Assembly: GCA_944391575.1 (NCBI GenBank)
Contig: CALXUC010000003.1
Coordinates: 16,459 to 80,458 of the forward strand
Length of the DNA: 64,000 nt
DNA from: an uncultured Clostridia bacterium
GTDB lineage: Bacteria > Bacillota > Clostridia > TANB77 > CAG-508
Direction: 5' to 3'
Positions 8,199 through 17,712 of this stretch are shown one piece after another (position 1 is the first letter of the stretch; the number at the start of each line of letters is the position of its first letter). The notes under the pieces were generated by a model. It saw nothing but the letters and a program-made list of their open reading frames with translations. It had not been told where the DNA came from and searched no databases. Made by a program: the position numbers and the translations under genes.

Positions 8199-10361
8199 TT
8201 ATTTTTCTTCCTTCATAAATCCTTCTTCAAAATTGTAATGTTCTTCTTCCCCATCTTCATCTTCTTCTAGTCCTATTCTTGTTAAATCAATTTTTCCTTG
8301 TTCATCTATTCTTAATACTTTTACTTCTACTATATCTCCTACTTTAAATAAGTCTTCTGGTCTTTTTACTCTTTTCTTAGACATTTTAGATACATGAAGT
8401 AATCCTTCTTTTCCTCCACCCAAATCTATAAATGCACCGAATGGTACTAATTTTTGAACTGTTCCTTCATATATTTGTCCTGGTTCTATTTCTCTTACTA
8501 TTTCATGTATTATTTCATAAGCTCTTGTCGCTTTTTCAGTATCGTCTGAATAGATAAATACTTTTCCATCTTCTTCTATATCTATTTTTACTCCTGTTTC
8601 TTCTATGATTTTATTTATTACTTTACCACCTGTTCCTATTACGTCTCTAATCTTATCTACGTCTATTTTAAAGTTAATAATTTTTGGAGCATATTTTGAT
8701 ACTTCGTCTCTTGGCTTATCTATTTGTTTTAACATTACTTCATTTAATATATATAATCTTGCTTTTCTAGTTCTTTCAAAGGCCTCTTCTATAATATTAT
8801 ATGTTAGTCCATCTATTTTAATGTCAACTTGTATCGCTGTTATTCCATTTTTTGTTCCGCCTACTTTAAAATCCATATCTCCAAAGAAGTCTTCTAATCC
8901 TTGTATATCTGTTAACATTACGTAATTGTCTGGGTTTTCTTCGTCTGTTACAAGTCCTGTTGATATTCCTGCTACTGGTTCTTTTATTGGAACTCCAGCG
9001 TCCATTAATGCTAATGTACTTCCACATATACTTGCTTGAGATGTTGAGCCATTTGAGCTTAATACTTCTGATACTACTCTTATTGTATAAGGGAATTCTT
9101 CTTCTGATGGTATTACTGCTTCTAATGCTCTTTCTGCTAATGCTCCGTGGCCAATTTCTCTTCTTCCTTGTGCTTTTGCTGGTCTTGCCTCTCCTACGCT
9201 ATATGGTGGAAAATAATAGTGGTGCATATATCTTTTACTTGTTTGAGTATCTATTCCGTCTAATAATTGGTCTTCATTTGCCATTCCTAAAGTTGCTACA
9301 GACATTACTTGTGTTTGACCTCTTGTAAACAAGGCACTTCCATGTGTTCTTGGTAATATACCAACTTCACAAGATAATGGTCTTATTTCATCTATCGCTC
9401 TGCCATCTACTCTTTTCTTATCATGTAATATCATTTCTCTTACACATTTTTTCTCTAATTTATATATAGCATCTGCAATTTTTGCTTTATTTTCTTCTAA
9501 AGCTTCTTCTCCATGAACTTCTTTATATTTTTCTTCTATTTTTAAAGTTAATTCTTCAATATGTTCATCTCTAAGTGTTTTATCCACAGCTTGTACACCT
9601 TTTTTCATTTCTTCTTTAAATTCTTTTTCAATTTCTGCATAAATTTCTTCATCTACTACAAAAGGTGTATATTCAAATTTTGGTTTTCCTATTTCTTTTT
9701 GAATTTTACTTATAAAAGTACATAATTTTTTAATTTCTTTATGACCTTTTTTAATTGCTTCTAACATAGTTTTATCTGGTAATTCTTTAGCTCCCGCTTC
9801 TATCATAGCTATTTTTTCTTTAGTTCCAGCTACTAATAAATTAAGAATACTTTTTTCTCTTTCTTCTTCTGTTGGGTTTATTACAACTTTATTATCTACA
9901 TACCCAACTTGTACCGCAGCTGTAGGTCCATTAAATGGAATATCTGATATTGATAATGCTATTGAAGTTCCTAACATTGCACATACTTCCGGTGAATTAT
10001 CTTGTTCTACAGATACTACTAATGCGTTAACACATACATCATTTCTAAAATCCTTTGGAAATAATGGTCTTATAGGTCTATCGATAGCTCTTGCTGTTAA
10101 AATAGCTTTATCTGCTGGTTTTCCTTCCTTTCTTTGGAAACTTCCTGGTATCTTTCCTACTGCATATAATCTTTCCTCATAATCTACTGATAATGGGAAA
10201 AAGTCTATTCCCTCTTTTGGCTCTTTTGAAGCTGTTACATTTACAAGTACTGCTGTGTCTCCATATCTTACTAAACAACTTCCATTAGCTAGTTCACACA
10301 TTTTTCCTGTTTCTACAACTAGCTTCCTTCCTGCTAATTCTGTTTCAAATTTTTTAAACAT
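8199..10361 (-). CDS. pnp: polyribonucleotide nucleotidyltransferase (PNPase)
   Basis: 720 aa with two RNase PH domains, a KH domain and an S1 domain. Characteristic strings include FFPLSVDYEER, MHHYYFPPYSVGE and GRREIGHGALAERA. It lies downstream of rpsO. Confidence 0.95.
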   Translation of the reverse strand: MFKKFETELAGRKLVVETGKMCELANGSCLVRYGDTAVLVNVTASKEPKEGIDFFPLSVDYEERLYAVGKIPGSFQRKEGKPADKAILTARAIDRPIRPLFPKDFRNDVCVNALVVSVEQDNSPEVCAMLGTSIALSISDIPFNGPTAAVQVGYVDNKVVINPTEEEREKSILNLLVAGTKEKIAMIEAGAKELPDKTMLEAIKKGHKEIKKLCTFISKIQKEIGKPKFEYTPFVVDEEIYAEIEKEFKEEMKKGVQAVDKTLRDEHIEELTLKIEEKYKEVHGEEALEENKAKIADAIYKLEKKCVREMILHDKKRVDGRAIDEIRPLSCEVGILPRTHGSALFTRGQTQVMSVATLGMANEDQLLDGIDTQTSKRYMHHYYFPPYSVGEARPAKAQGRREIGHGALAERALEAVIPSEEEFPYTIRVVSEVLSSNGSTSQASICGSTLALMDAGVPIKEPVAGISTGLVTDEENPDNYVMLTDIQGLEDFFGDMDFKVGGTKNGITAIQVDIKIDGLTYNIIEEAFERTRKARLYILNEVMLKQIDKPRDEVSKYAPKIINFKIDVDKIRDVIGTGGKVINKIIEETGVKIDIEEDGKVFIYSDDTEKATRAYEIIHEIVREIEPGQIYEGTVQKLVPFGAFIDLGGGKEGLLHVSKMSKKRVKRPEDLFKVGDIVEVKVLRIDEQGKIDLTRIGLEEDEDGEEEHYNFEEGFMKEEK

Positions 10362-10393
10362 ATTTTTAACTCCTCCTAAAAATTATTTATAAT

Positions 10394-10520
10394 AATATTT
10401 GCAGAAAGAGTAACCTCTATTAAGAAATTTAGCTTTGTTAATTACTTGTTTAATATTTATTTAAAACTTGAGCTATCACTAAATTTTTTAATACAAGCTA
10501 CTACTCATTGCAAATATATT
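10394..10520 (-). promoter_or_regulatory. long imperfect hairpin in the rpsO-pnp intergenic (pnp leader) region
   Basis: Three colinear helices: 10395-10403 with 10509-10517 (9 bp), 10408-10412 with 10502-10506 (5 bp), and 10420-10432 with 10479-10491 (13 bp). Confidence 0.35.
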
Positions 10521-10538
10521 ATGTATCATAAATACCTT

Positions 10539-10624
10539 ATCTTGATATATAGCTATTTTTAATCAAAACATATCTGGGGTTTAACAATCCGGGTCTTGAT
10601 TTACAAATAGCTATATATCAAGAT
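10539..10624 (+). repeat. Nested-palindrome element, type A, core-only copy (no outer TIR)
   Basis: ATCTTGATATATAGCTATTTTTAATCAAAACATATCTGGGGTTTAACAATCCGGGTCTTGATTTACAAATAGCTATATATCAAGAT. Confidence 0.85.
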
Positions 10625-10656
10625 ATTATAAAATTAATTTATATTACAAACTTATA

Positions 10657-10692
10657 AAATAAGAGCAAAAAGATACAATTTTTTGCCCTTAT
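10657..10692 (-). terminator. Rho-independent terminator after rpsO
   Basis: 14-bp stem AATAAGGGCAAAAA / TTTTTGCTCTTATT (minus-strand sense, one G-T pair) followed by T-rich sequence. It lies 7 nt past the rpsO stop. Confidence 0.7.
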
Positions 10693-10698
10693 TATCCT

Positions 10699-10962
10699 TT
10701 ATTTTCTTAAATTTAATTTATCAACGATTGCTCTATATCTTTCTACATCAGTTTTTGCTAAATAATTTAATAAGCTTCTTCTTTTACCGATCATTTTATA
10801 AAGCCCTCTTCTTGAATGATTATCTTTTTTGTGAACTTTTAAATGTTCTGTTAATTCAGCTATTCTTTCTGATAATAAAGCTATTTGTACCTCAGATGAT
10901 CCTGTATCGTTAGAATCTCTTTGATATGTTTTAATTATTTCTTGTTTTCTTTCTGCTGTCAT
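10699..10962 (-). CDS. rpsO: 30S ribosomal protein S15
   Basis: 87 aa with [42 protein letters not shown], typical of S15. Confidence 0.95.
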   Translation of the reverse strand: MTAERKQEIIKTYQRDSNDTGSSEVQIALLSERIAELTEHLKVHKKDNHSRRGLYKMIGKRRSLLNYLAKTDVERYRAIVDKLNLRK

Positions 10963-11052
10963 TTAATACACCTCCATAATTTTTTATTCCTAAAACCTAG
11001 TTTAAGTGGTGTTGTTTACCTTAAACAAAGTAATAGGTAACTAACCTTTTTA

Positions 11053-11081
11053 ATTATACTACAAAAATACTTAGTTGTCAA
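11053..11081 (-). promoter_or_regulatory. consensus sigma-A promoter for rpsO
   Basis: Minus strand reads TTGACA - 17 nt - TATAAT, giving an ~85-nt leader before rpsO. Confidence 0.6.
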
Positions 11082-11150
11082 ATTTTTATTTATATTTATG
11101 TATATTTAGAAATTTTTTACAAATACTATTAAAAAATTGGAGGTTTTATA

Positions 11151-11576
11151 ATGGAAAATATTGAAATTTTAAATGAGGTTCATAAAGGAGCAAAAATGGG
11201 TATGGAGTCTATTGGCACTATTGCCGATAAAACTGAAGATGTTAATTTTAAAAAAGTTTTAACTTCTCAATATAATGAATATAAGAAAATATATGATAAT
11301 TCTGAAGTTTTACTTACTAAAAATAATGGCATACCTGAAGATATTCCACCTATGCAAAATGTTATGACCTGGATGGGCATACAGATGAATACTTTAACTG
11401 ATACTAGTAATAATAAATTAGCAGATCTTATGATACAAGGTATAAATATGGGAATTATTAAAGGTAATGAAATTTTAAATCATGAAAAAGATATGCCGAA
11501 TGAAACTAAAAAACTTGTTACTGATTACGTTGCTCTTCAAGAAAGAAACTTAGATGAAATGAAAAAGTGGTTGTGA
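11151..11576 (+). CDS. hypothetical helical protein
   Basis: 141-aa ORF with RBS GGAGG 7 nt upstream. Predicted all-helical with no TM segment. No confident family assignment. Confidence 0.45.
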   Translation: MENIEILNEVHKGAKMGMESIGTIADKTEDVNFKKVLTSQYNEYKKIYDNSEVLLTKNNGIPEDIPPMQNVMTWMGIQMNTLTDTSNNKLADLMIQGINMGIIKGNEILNHEKDMPNETKKLVTDYVALQERNLDEMKKWL

Positions 11577-11606
11577 TTTATTATATTTTACTTTTTATAT
11601 AATTCA

Positions 11607-11650
11607 AAAAAGGAATAAATTATACATTTGTAACTTATTCCTTTTGGTTT
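11607..11650 (+). terminator. terminator-like hairpin after the 11151-11576 ORF
   Basis: 11-bp stem AAAAGGAATAA / TTATTCCTTTT with a 16-nt loop, followed by GGTTTT. Confidence 0.45.
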
Positions 11651-11691
11651 TATCATAATTTTATAAATTTTCTAATTGTTCTTGGGTTACA
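11640..11691 (-). pseudogene. 3'-end remnant of a paralog of the 12660-13091 gene
   Basis: About 46 of 52 nt are identical to 12625-12676, which covers the last codons plus the 3' flank of that gene. Confidence 0.4.
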
Positions 11692-11784
11692 ATCATTACA
11701 TCTTTTTACAACCACTCGTTCGTTTTATCATTTTTACGAGTGATTGTAAATACATTTATTAAATATTATATTATTTTTTATTAC

Positions 11785-11878
11785 TTTTCATCATTATCGT
11801 ACAAAAATCCATAAAATGTAGAATCGTGAATATATATTTCTTTATCTATAATTTTTTATTTTTGTAATCTATTTTCAT
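11785..11878 (-). pseudogene. 5' fragment (frameshifted, truncated) of a paralog of the 13923-14330 gene
   Basis: Near-identical to 14237-14330, and the shared RBS spacer CTTACCTCATATATCTAATA follows. It reads MKIDYKNKK and then hits a stop after a 1-nt deletion relative to the intact copy. Confidence 0.6.
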
Positions 11879-11901
11879 TTCTTACCTCATATATCTAATA
11901 T

Positions 11902-12423
11902 TTACTTTGAAATCATATTTATTTTCTCTATTTCTTCCTTGAGCCATTTTTCGTGAAGATATAATACTTTTTCAAACATTTCTTTTGTATAATACTCCTT
12001 AGGTGTAATATTATTATTTATTGCTTGAAAAATATGTGGCGAATTTTTGGGTTGGCCTAATGATATCCAAAATTCTGAAATTTCTAATAACGAGTTAAAA
12101 TAATCTTTTTTATTCAATGTATCAAGCATCTTTTTAGTTAGATAAACAACCCACTTTTCGCTTTCAAATTCCATTTCAGTTTTTTCATTTTTTGAAAATT
12201 TATATAAAAGCTCTCTAAATTCAATATCACTTAAGCTTTTATCAGTTAATAATACTACATCATTGAAGTTAAAACTATTATTCTCTAACAATTCTTCTTC
12301 ATAGTCATATATGTCTTTTCTTGTAATTTGTGGATTTATTAATTCGTATCCAAAAAGCCCTATATTTATCAATTTCCATGTAATTTTAAAATTCATATTT
12401 TCTAATTCTTTTAATTTATTCAT
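11902..12423 (-). CDS. hypothetical cytosolic protein (immunity-protein-like cassette member)
   Basis: 173 aa, acidic, with no signal peptide or TM segment. It sits in a cassette array sharing junction sequences with the 14.3-kb locus. Confidence 0.4.
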   Translation of the reverse strand: MNKLKELENMNFKITWKLINIGLFGYELINPQITRKDIYDYEEELLENNSFNFNDVVLLTDKSLSDIEFRELLYKFSKNEKTEMEFESEKWVVYLTKKMLDTLNKKDYFNSLLEISEFWISLGQPKNSPHIFQAINNNITPKEYYTKEMFEKVLYLHEKWLKEEIEKINMISK

Positions 12424-12522
12424 ACATATTACACTTTCCGCTTTTTTTAGCTAAATATATTTGTACCCCAAGTTCTCATATAATGCACTCTCTTCACTTA
12501 TCATAAATAATTTTTCTATAAT

Positions 12523-12601
12523 TATTTATAAATAGGATTAATCCATAAAGCCTTAAATTCATTATCTTTTAAACTCATAATAGCATTGTTCATAAATTTT
12601 A
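12523..12601 (-). pseudogene. 3' fragment of a paralog of the 14354-14824 gene
   Basis: 79 nt nearly identical to 14352-14430, covering the last ~26 codons (…NEFKALWINPIYK*). Homology stops abruptly at 12601. Confidence 0.6.
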
Positions 12602-12659
12602 CATTCAATTTATTTTCCTCCTTCCTTTTAATTTTATCATAATTCTATAAATTATCTAA

Positions 12660-13091
12660 TTATTCTTGTGTTACATCTAAAGCTTTTAGTATGTCACGCT
12701 TTAAATCTTCTCCTCTAAAATCGCCTTTTGACTTTTCTATTACTACATTTATAGAATCTATTATATTTTTTATATATAATAATCTTTGCTTTTCTGGAGT
12801 TGCATTAAAAAATTTATCTCTATTTATATTTAATCTTATATCTGCTTCTTTATTTTTACGACTTATATATCTTCTTTCTTTAAATCCTCTATCAATTCTT
12901 TCTTGTGTTACAATCATTGTTATTATAGCTATTAATTTAAATTCTGTACCGTAATTATCTATATTTTCAAGATCTTTTTCTCTGTTACATATAAAATCTA
13001 ATTTTTTTTCTAAAACATTTAAAAAATTTAAAGAGATATTTGCTTTATCTATACCTATTAAATCTATTTCTTCACTTAAGAAAATTCTCAT
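12660..13091 (-). CDS. hypothetical cytosolic protein (immunity-protein-like cassette member)
   Basis: I prefer the ATG at 13091, which has RBS GAGGTGG 7 nt upstream. The ORF track extends to a TTG at 13109. No signal peptide. Confidence 0.4.
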   Translation of the reverse strand: MRIFLSEEIDLIGIDKANISLNFLNVLEKKLDFICNREKDLENIDNYGTEFKLIAIITMIVTQERIDRGFKERRYISRKNKEADIRLNINRDKFFNATPEKQRLLYIKNIIDSINVVIEKSKGDFRGEDLKRDILKALDVTQE

Positions 13092-13469
13092 GCTATCCAC
13101 CTCTACCAATCACTTTTATTTAATTTTAATCCAAGACCATTATGTGTATCTTTTATATTCTATTATCTTATATCTAATTCACATCTTCTTTCTTTTTGCT
13201 TAACACTTTTTCTATTGATTCAATACTCTGTTTGCAAAGTCTTCGTACGTCACTCTCCTTATAGTCAAGATATTTTTGAAATATTGGTAAAAGTAGTTTC
13301 ATATAATATAGTTCCGCTCTTAATATATTGCTCTACAATATCTTTATTTTCTATTTTTTGCACATTTTATTCCTCCGAACATTTTCTAATTTTTATTAAT
13401 TATTTTAATGTTGGTAATCCTTTCTCTAAAAAACATTCATCATTAAATTTAATAATTTTACATTTTTTA

Positions 13470-13856
13470 TCATTTGATTTCAATATACTCACAAACTATA
13501 CTGATTTTATTTCTACTTTTTAAAATAATTTCTAATTCTATATAATTTTTTTCTAAATCTAATACAGATGATTTATAATTATTTTCTATTAACTTTTTTC
13601 GTATATCTTTTATTAAATTTTCGCTATCAGAAATTTTAAATTCTATTATCTCATCATCTATCATGCAAGGTTGGTACATATTACAATTTAATATTAATAC
13701 ATTAAAAAATTCTATTTTTAATGTTTCTGACAAGCCGAAATTATTTAATTTAATAGAAAGTAATTTTTCTATTTCGTCATAAATAAATCCTTGAAAAATC
13801 AAATTATTAATATTAATTTCATTTATAATATCTTTATTTGTATAATCTATTTTCAT
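13470..13856 (-). CDS. hypothetical protein, paralog of the 13923-14330 gene
   Basis: MKIDYTNKDII…VCEYIEIK aligns with MRIDYKNKKII…ICEYVEFFEI of the upstream gene. The start at 13856 was chosen by homology; the ORF track extends to a GTG at 13910. Confidence 0.5.
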   Translation of the reverse strand: MKIDYTNKDIINEININNLIFQGFIYDEIEKLLSIKLNNFGLSETLKIEFFNVLILNCNMYQPCMIDDEIIEFKISDSENLIKDIRKKLIENNYKSSVLDLEKNYIELEIILKSRNKISIVCEYIEIK

Positions 13857-13922
13857 ATTTAATGATATTCCTTTCTTCACTTTCGCTGACGCTACGTCTA
13901 TGAAAGGCACATTTTTTTTAAC

Positions 13923-14330
13923 TTACCTCTCATTTTTAATATTATCATCCCAATTAATTTCAAAAAACTCCACATACTCACAAATTATAGTGATTATGTC
14001 TCCTGTTTCTAAAACGAATTTGGTCTCTATATAATTTTTAAACTCTGAAATCTTTTCTTTTTCCTCTTCCAATATCTTATTTTTTAATTGTTCTTCACCA
14101 ACAGTTTCCCAATTCAATATACCATTAGTATATGACCAAAATTGGCACATTTCACAGTTTAAAGCTAATACATTAACAAATTTTAATTTGAATGTTTTAT
14201 GCAAACAATAATTTTTTAATTTTAACAAAAGTGTTTTTTCATCATTATCGTACAAAAATCCATAAAATGTAGAATCATGAATATATATTTCTTTATCTAT
14301 AATCTTTTTATTTTTATAATCTATTCTCAT
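13923..14330 (-). CDS. hypothetical protein, paralog of the 13470-13856 gene
   Basis: 135 aa with RBS GAGGTAAG. Its 5' end is duplicated at 11785-11878. Confidence 0.5.
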   Translation of the reverse strand: MRIDYKNKKIIDKEIYIHDSTFYGFLYDNDEKTLLLKLKNYCLHKTFKLKFVNVLALNCEMCQFWSYTNGILNWETVGEEQLKNKILEEEKEKISEFKNYIETKFVLETGDIITIICEYVEFFEINWDDNIKNER

Positions 14331-14353
14331 TTCTTACCTCATATATCTAATAC

Positions 14354-14824
14354 TTATTTATAAATAGGATTAATCCATAAAGCCTTAAATTCATTGTCCT
14401 TTAAACTCATAATAGCATTGTTCATAAATTTTATATTGCAATTATAATTGTTTATATCTTTATCCCCTATACATAACCAATTATTTTCTTTACAAAAATA
14501 AATTTTATTTTCTTTTGCTAAATAGTCTCCCATTCCTGATAGCCAATTTCTTTTAGTTTTAACAAAAATTCTACCTTTCCCAATATCCTTTGGAGGAACA
14601 AGCTTTTCTATATTCCAACTATTTTTAGAGCAAAAACCTGTTATAGTCATTATTTGCATATTATCTAAATTTATATCAAAGCCTAAATATGGACAACCTG
14701 TCATTAATGTAAAATGAGTTATATAATCAGGCTCTGTAGTAAAGCTCCTATCTTCTTCATAATATAATATATCCGCCTTAATAGGAGTAGAAGGCTCTTT
14801 ATAAAACAATATTTTTTCGCTCAA
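14354..14824 (-). CDS. hypothetical cytosolic protein (immunity-protein-like cassette member)
   Basis: 156 aa with no signal peptide. Its 3' end is duplicated at 12523-12601. Confidence 0.4.
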   Translation of the reverse strand: MSEKILFYKEPSTPIKADILYYEEDRSFTTEPDYITHFTLMTGCPYLGFDINLDNMQIMTITGFCSKNSWNIEKLVPPKDIGKGRIFVKTKRNWLSGMGDYLAKENKIYFCKENNWLCIGDKDINNYNCNIKFMNNAIMSLKDNEFKALWINPIYK

Positions 14825-14945
14825 TTATATTCCTCCTTCAGTTTATCTTATAATTCTACATATTTCTTAACATTTATTTTTGTTATATTTTACCACTTCA
14901 TCATGATTACTGTCAAGTAGAACTAGTATAGTACAAACTAGTGTA

Positions 14946-17570
14946 CTATAAAGTATTACCAAATTTCATCACAATTTCTCCTTCTAAATCTGTTCTTCTT
15001 ATAATTACCTTTTTATCTTTTAACCTAGCAAGTACTTCTTCACTAGGGTGTCCGAAAGTATTATTTTTTCCAACTGATATAACTGCAATTTTAGGATTTA
15101 CTAATTCTAAAAAGCTTTCTATTGTAGAAGTTTTTGAGCCGTGATGAGCAACTTTTAAAATGTCCGCTTCTAATTTATTTTTCTCTCTATATAAGCTAAT
15201 CAACTTTTCTTCTGCAATTTTTTCTATGTCGCCTGTATATAATATGCTTATATTTTTATCTTTATATTTAAATACTAAAGAGTTATTATTTATCGCATTT
15301 TGAGATATGTATTTTTTTACATTTTCTAATGGAAATAATACTTCTATGTAGGAATGTTTATCTATTTTTATTACATCTCCTTTTTTAGCTAATATTAAAT
15401 TTATCTTTTTTTCTTTTAGAATACTTAAAAATTTTTCATAATTTTCTGTCATTTCATATTGTTTACTAAGTATTACATTTAACACTTTTATATTTTTTAA
15501 AACAGCAAATAAGCCTTGTACATGGTCTGAGTCAAAGTGAGATATTATTACATAATCTAATTTGCTTATCCTCCTATCTAGTAAGTAAGGTAGTGTTGTA
15601 TTTTTTCCTACATCGTAGCTTTCACTACCACCACCGTCTATTAAGATTTTTTTATTTTTCTCTGTTATTATTAAACTACAATCCCCCTGTCCTACATCTA
15701 CAAAATATACTTTTGTATTATTAAAATTAAAAGTTCCTATATCTATTGCTATTATAATTATTATATAACATACTAAAATTATCTTAAATATCTTTAAAAT
15801 CTGTTTATAATATTGCTTTACCTTTCTTTTTATAACATCTTCTCTGGCTATATACATTCCTATTAAAATTAATACGAAAACAAAGTATATTAATATAGAT
15901 AATACATACGGAGTTTTTAAGTATAAATTTGCATTTGGCAATTTGGATATATAGTTTGTCATTATGTTTATGGATTCTAATAGGAAGTTTTCTATGTAAT
16001 TCAAAGAAATGGCTAATGGAGGAAAGATATAGGATATAAATATTATGATAAAGCCTAGAATTACTATTACACCTATTATAGGTGCTACTAGTACATTAGA
16101 TATTAAGAAATATATAGAAAAATTATTAAAGTTCAGTAAAATTATTGGAAATACAAATAACTGTGCTGATATACATACTATTATAGCATCTATGAAGAAT
16201 TGTTTTATTGTATTAAATTTTTCTAAAATAAATTGTTTTCTTTTATTATCTTTTTCTATTTTTTTAAATTCTACTTTACTGTAGTTTATATTTATTTTCT
16301 TTTTAATTTCTAAATCGTTCATTTCTGCGTATGTGTATGTCTTATCATTTAAACATTTACTATTTTGGGTTTCTTCTCTTCGCCTTTTATACTCTCCTAC
16401 AACTTTCATTCCTAAAACTATCCCTATAGTACCTAAGTACGATAATTGATAGCTTAAGCTTAACAGAATATATGGATTATATATTAAAGTTATTAAACTT
16501 GCTATAGATATATTTATCCAAAAATCTGATTTACGTTTTACTAAAAAAGATATTAAAAATATAATTCCCATTATGCTAGCTCTTACAACTGATGGTGCGA
16601 AGTTTGTTAAAAACATAAAGAATATTATTATACATATTGTTGCTATATGTATACTTTTTTTAGATATTTTAAATAATCGTAATATAAAGATAGTACTTAA
16701 TATAATATACGAAATATGCATTCCAGATACAGCAAGTATATGTGATAAACTCGTTATCTTAAAATTTTCCGTTTGCTCCTCTGTTATCTCCTCTACTTCT
16801 CCTATAAGTATTCCCTTTAATAAGGCTTTTTCTTCATTATTATTTCCATATAATTTATCTAATTGAGTCTCAAAACTATTTTTAACTTTATTTGATAACA
16901 TATATATACTGTTTAAAGAGTTCTCACCAATAACTTTTAATTTATTTTTTGAAACTTTAAAAGTTCCATATACATTTATTGTTTTTAAATATTCTTTGTA
17001 ACTAAATCCTTTATAATTCGTACTATCTTGTGCTTCTTCAAATTCTCCTTCAAAATAAATCAAATCTCCATATTTTATTTCAACTTTATCTTTTTTATTA
17101 AATTTTATATAGCAATACATATTGTAATATGATTTATTGCTTATACTTTGGATTTTCACTTTATGCATATCACTATATTCTTTTTCTTCTTTATCTCCAA
17201 CAACTATGGCATATACTTTTATATTCTTATTTTCTAACAAATTCATGTCATATATAAAATCTTGAAATTTTTCTGCTTTAAATGTTAATAATAGAAATCC
17301 AATTATTAAGAAAATAGAAAATATTATTAGTACTGTTTTATTTATATATTTTTTTAAATATCTTAAAGAGCAATATAGAAGTCTACCTAAAGATGTTTTT
17401 CCTATTTTCGATTTAAAAAGTATGCTCAAAAATGCTTTTTTCTTTAATAATAATAGTAAACTTATGACAAAAATCGACAAAAAAAGGATTATACTTTTAC
17501 TAAAGTATAATCCCATTATTATTCCAATTATTAATCCTATATTTGCTACTACTATTAAACGATATTTCAT
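14946..17570 (-). CDS. comEC: DNA internalization competence protein ComEC/Rec2
   Basis: 874 aa. It has a polytopic competence domain and a C-terminal metallo-beta-lactamase fold (DVGQGDC, ISHFDSDHVQG, VAHHGS). Confidence 0.85.
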   Translation of the reverse strand: MKYRLIVVANIGLIIGIIMGLYFSKSIILFLSIFVISLLLLLKKKAFLSILFKSKIGKTSLGRLLYCSLRYLKKYINKTVLIIFSIFLIIGFLLLTFKAEKFQDFIYDMNLLENKNIKVYAIVVGDKEEKEYSDMHKVKIQSISNKSYYNMYCYIKFNKKDKVEIKYGDLIYFEGEFEEAQDSTNYKGFSYKEYLKTINVYGTFKVSKNKLKVIGENSLNSIYMLSNKVKNSFETQLDKLYGNNNEEKALLKGILIGEVEEITEEQTENFKITSLSHILAVSGMHISYIILSTIFILRLFKISKKSIHIATICIIIFFMFLTNFAPSVVRASIMGIIFLISFLVKRKSDFWINISIASLITLIYNPYILLSLSYQLSYLGTIGIVLGMKVVGEYKRRREETQNSKCLNDKTYTYAEMNDLEIKKKININYSKVEFKKIEKDNKRKQFILEKFNTIKQFFIDAIIVCISAQLFVFPIILLNFNNFSIYFLISNVLVAPIIGVIVILGFIIIFISYIFPPLAISLNYIENFLLESINIMTNYISKLPNANLYLKTPYVLSILIYFVFVLILIGMYIAREDVIKRKVKQYYKQILKIFKIILVCYIIIIIAIDIGTFNFNNTKVYFVDVGQGDCSLIITEKNKKILIDGGGSESYDVGKNTTLPYLLDRRISKLDYVIISHFDSDHVQGLFAVLKNIKVLNVILSKQYEMTENYEKFLSILKEKKINLILAKKGDVIKIDKHSYIEVLFPLENVKKYISQNAINNNSLVFKYKDKNISILYTGDIEKIAEEKLISLYREKNKLEADILKVAHHGSKTSTIESFLELVNPKIAVISVGKNNTFGHPSEEVLARLKDKKVIIRRTDLEGEIVMKFGNTL

Positions 17571-17604
17571 TAAGTCTCCTTCTAGTTTTAATTAAAACTT
17601 TACA

Positions 17605-17690
17605 AGCTTGATATATAGCTATTTTTAATCAAAACATAGCTAAGGTGACACAATCCGGGTCTTGATTTGCAAATAGCTATATATCAAACT
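17605..17690 (+). repeat. Nested-palindrome element, type A, core-only copy
   Basis: AGCTTGATATATAGCTATTTTTAATCAAAACATAGCTAAGGTGACACAATCCGGGTCTTGATTTGCAAATAGCTATATATCAAACT. Confidence 0.85.
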
Positions 17691-17712
17691 TCAAATTAAA
17701 ATTATAAATATC

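Noticed and set aside
13174-13523. ORF 13215-13523 (+) and a 42-codon minus-strand ORF (13174-13302) in the gap between immunity-like genes.
   Set aside because: The plus-strand ORF has a low-complexity translation and no RBS. The 42-aa minus ORF has no RBS or recognisable motif. The region is more likely decayed cassette sequence. I cannot support either as a gene.
11600-14946. A polymorphic toxin gene accompanying the immunity-like array.
   Set aside because: No long ORF or toxin-domain remnant (LXG, Rhs/YD, HNH, deaminase) could be recognised in any frame between rpsO and comEC.
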